Assembly (NCBI GenBank): GCA_002104905.1
Contig: MCFE01000129.1
Span: 96,098 to 160,097 of the forward strand
From: Basidiobolus meristosporus CBS 931.73
Lineage: Eukaryota > Fungi > Basidiobolomycota
Direction of reading: 5' to 3'
Length of the DNA: 64,000 nt
Position numbers and translations under genes: made by a program
In this document: positions 62,842 through 64,000 of the stretch, one piece after another
Layout of the letters: the number at the start of each line of letters is the position of its first letter
How positions within the stretch are numbered: the stretch's first letter is position 1
The notes under the pieces: generated by a model
What the model was told of the DNA's origin: nothing
Database searches by the model: none
Seen by the model: the letters and a program-made list of their open reading frames with translations, nothing else

Positions 62842-63797
62842 TCAGGCAGACTCTGAGGTTGCCTGTTCCTGCTGAAACTCTTGCACTGCCCTTTGTAAAT
62901 TTCCAGAATTATTCCACAACTCTTCAAATGGAGCTTGCGTAATGTCTTTCAGGATTCTAATTGCTTCCTCTTTCAAGAAGTAGGCCACATCATAGGTTGG
63001 AGTCTGTTTCTTAATGGCAGCAAAGAAAGCCATAATTGCCATGTGAGCTGGCGGCTTGTTGAATATTCCTGGCTCAGTGTCCATTGACTCTGGTGGAATG
63101 ATTGTGAATTTGGTAGGCACCCAGTTTAGATTTTTTGCCAGATACTTAGTCAATGCAGTGGAGAAGTTTCTGTCTACAATCATTTCTAGGATCTTTCCTC
63201 TTCTCCAAGCTAGGTTAACAATTTTTGAAGTGTCAATATTTAGAGAGCGGAATGTATGTCTGATGTTTGATATAGTAGTCCATGGAACATTGGCAAAGTA
63301 TAGCAAGGACCAATTCTGGAGCTGAGGTAAGTTTGCTGGAGGCTTATAGGTAGACTTCCTGGCAGGTTGTGTGGTAGGCTTTAGTGTTTCCAAGGTAGCA
63401 AGTTGTGGTTGAGACTTTTTGGAATTACGTATGACTTTGGAAAGAATTCTGCCAGCAACTGTGTCAGGAATGTTAGTACTCATTGATGGTGCAGGGCCTG
63501 GCTCCTGGTACTGCTTTTGTAGAATACTTGAGTATGTCTCTTTTTGTTTTCCTTTATCCAATGTGCTATGCCTTGGAATGGGATTTTGGGGAATAGAGAC
63601 TTCAGGTATCAACTCTGGGGTCTGGTGATTGTCCAACATTGTTGCTTGAGCTTCCAGCTTTTCCTCTAAGATTTGAACTCTCTGCTTAAGCTCATCATTT
63701 GACGCTATAAGTGTTGCATTGTTTGGAGCCAGGTCAGGTGTTGAGTTATGAAGGCAGGTTGAGCAGCGTTCTAACTCCTTTGTTTGGTCATCCAGGC
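62842..63797 (-). CDS. Family A ORF1 (partial; CxxC, coiled coil and RRM-like core)
   Basis: The frame of the 265-aa track ORF stays open upstream into the telomere: SLDDQTKELERCSTCLH...NDELKQRVQILEEKLEAQATMLDNHQ. Confidence 0.85.
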
Positions 63798-64000
63798 TTA
63801 GGGTAGGGTTAGGGTTAGGGTTAGGGTTAGGGTTAGGGTTAGGGTTAGGGTTAGGGTTAGGGTTAGGGTTAGGGTTAGGGTTAGGGTTAGGGTTAGGGTT
63901 AGGGTTAGGGTTAGGGTTAGGGTTAGGGTTAGGGTTAGGGTTAGGGTTAGGGTTAGGGTTAGGGTTAGGGTTAGGGTTAGGGTTAGGGTTAGGGTTAGGT
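63798..64000 (+). repeat. Telomere (TTAGGG)n, about 33 repeats
   Basis: Uninterrupted TTAGGG to the window end, with one TAGGG variant at 63804. The G-rich strand runs 5'->3' toward the end. Confidence 0.98.

Larger units (their letters stand above)
59903..63797 (-). mobile_element. Telomeric non-LTR retrotransposon, family A (terminal copy, capped by the telomere)
   Basis: Uninterrupted ORF2 and ORF1; 3' terminal motif at 59903-59945; the 5' end runs directly into TTAGGG repeats. Confidence 0.95.

Overview
This is the last 64 kb of a eukaryotic (fungal) chromosome arm, ending in a (TTAGGG)n telomere at 63798-64000. Short GT-AG introns and the gene set suggest an early-diverging fungus (inference). 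There are three zones. (1) About 0.5-8 kb: a decayed chromoviral Ty3/Gypsy element, followed by a young non-autonomous Copia element with near-identical LTRs and a GAAAG target-site duplication. (2) About 13-42.6 kb: host genes, including a C2H2 zinc-finger factor, Kin1 kinase, a fasciclin protein, a Cys-rich membrane protein, a PX-PB1 protein, a Frizzled-CRD-like membrane protein, GPI proteins, MET2 and an SLC26 sulfate permease. (3) About 42.8-63.8 kb: a 21-kb subtelomeric array in which every element is on the minus strand. This array is the main finding. It holds two diverged families (A and B) of APE-endonuclease/RT non-LTR retrotransposons and a probable tRNA-headed SINE partner (D). All end in the same 3' signature (AATAAA, a TCACC/GGTGA stem-loop, then a C-tract ending CCCTAA, with no poly-A) and are joined through 0-3 telomere repeats. 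In both LINE families ORF1 and the AUG-less ORF2 are in frame, separated by a single TGA in an identical TCTGCC-TGA-CTAC context, which points to programmed readthrough. A Copia and a Gypsy element inside the array have lost their 5' halves exactly where these telomeric elements begin, which looks like fossil, healed chromosome ends. No rRNA, CRISPR array or intact tRNA gene was supported. No database search was run; coordinates were read by eye.
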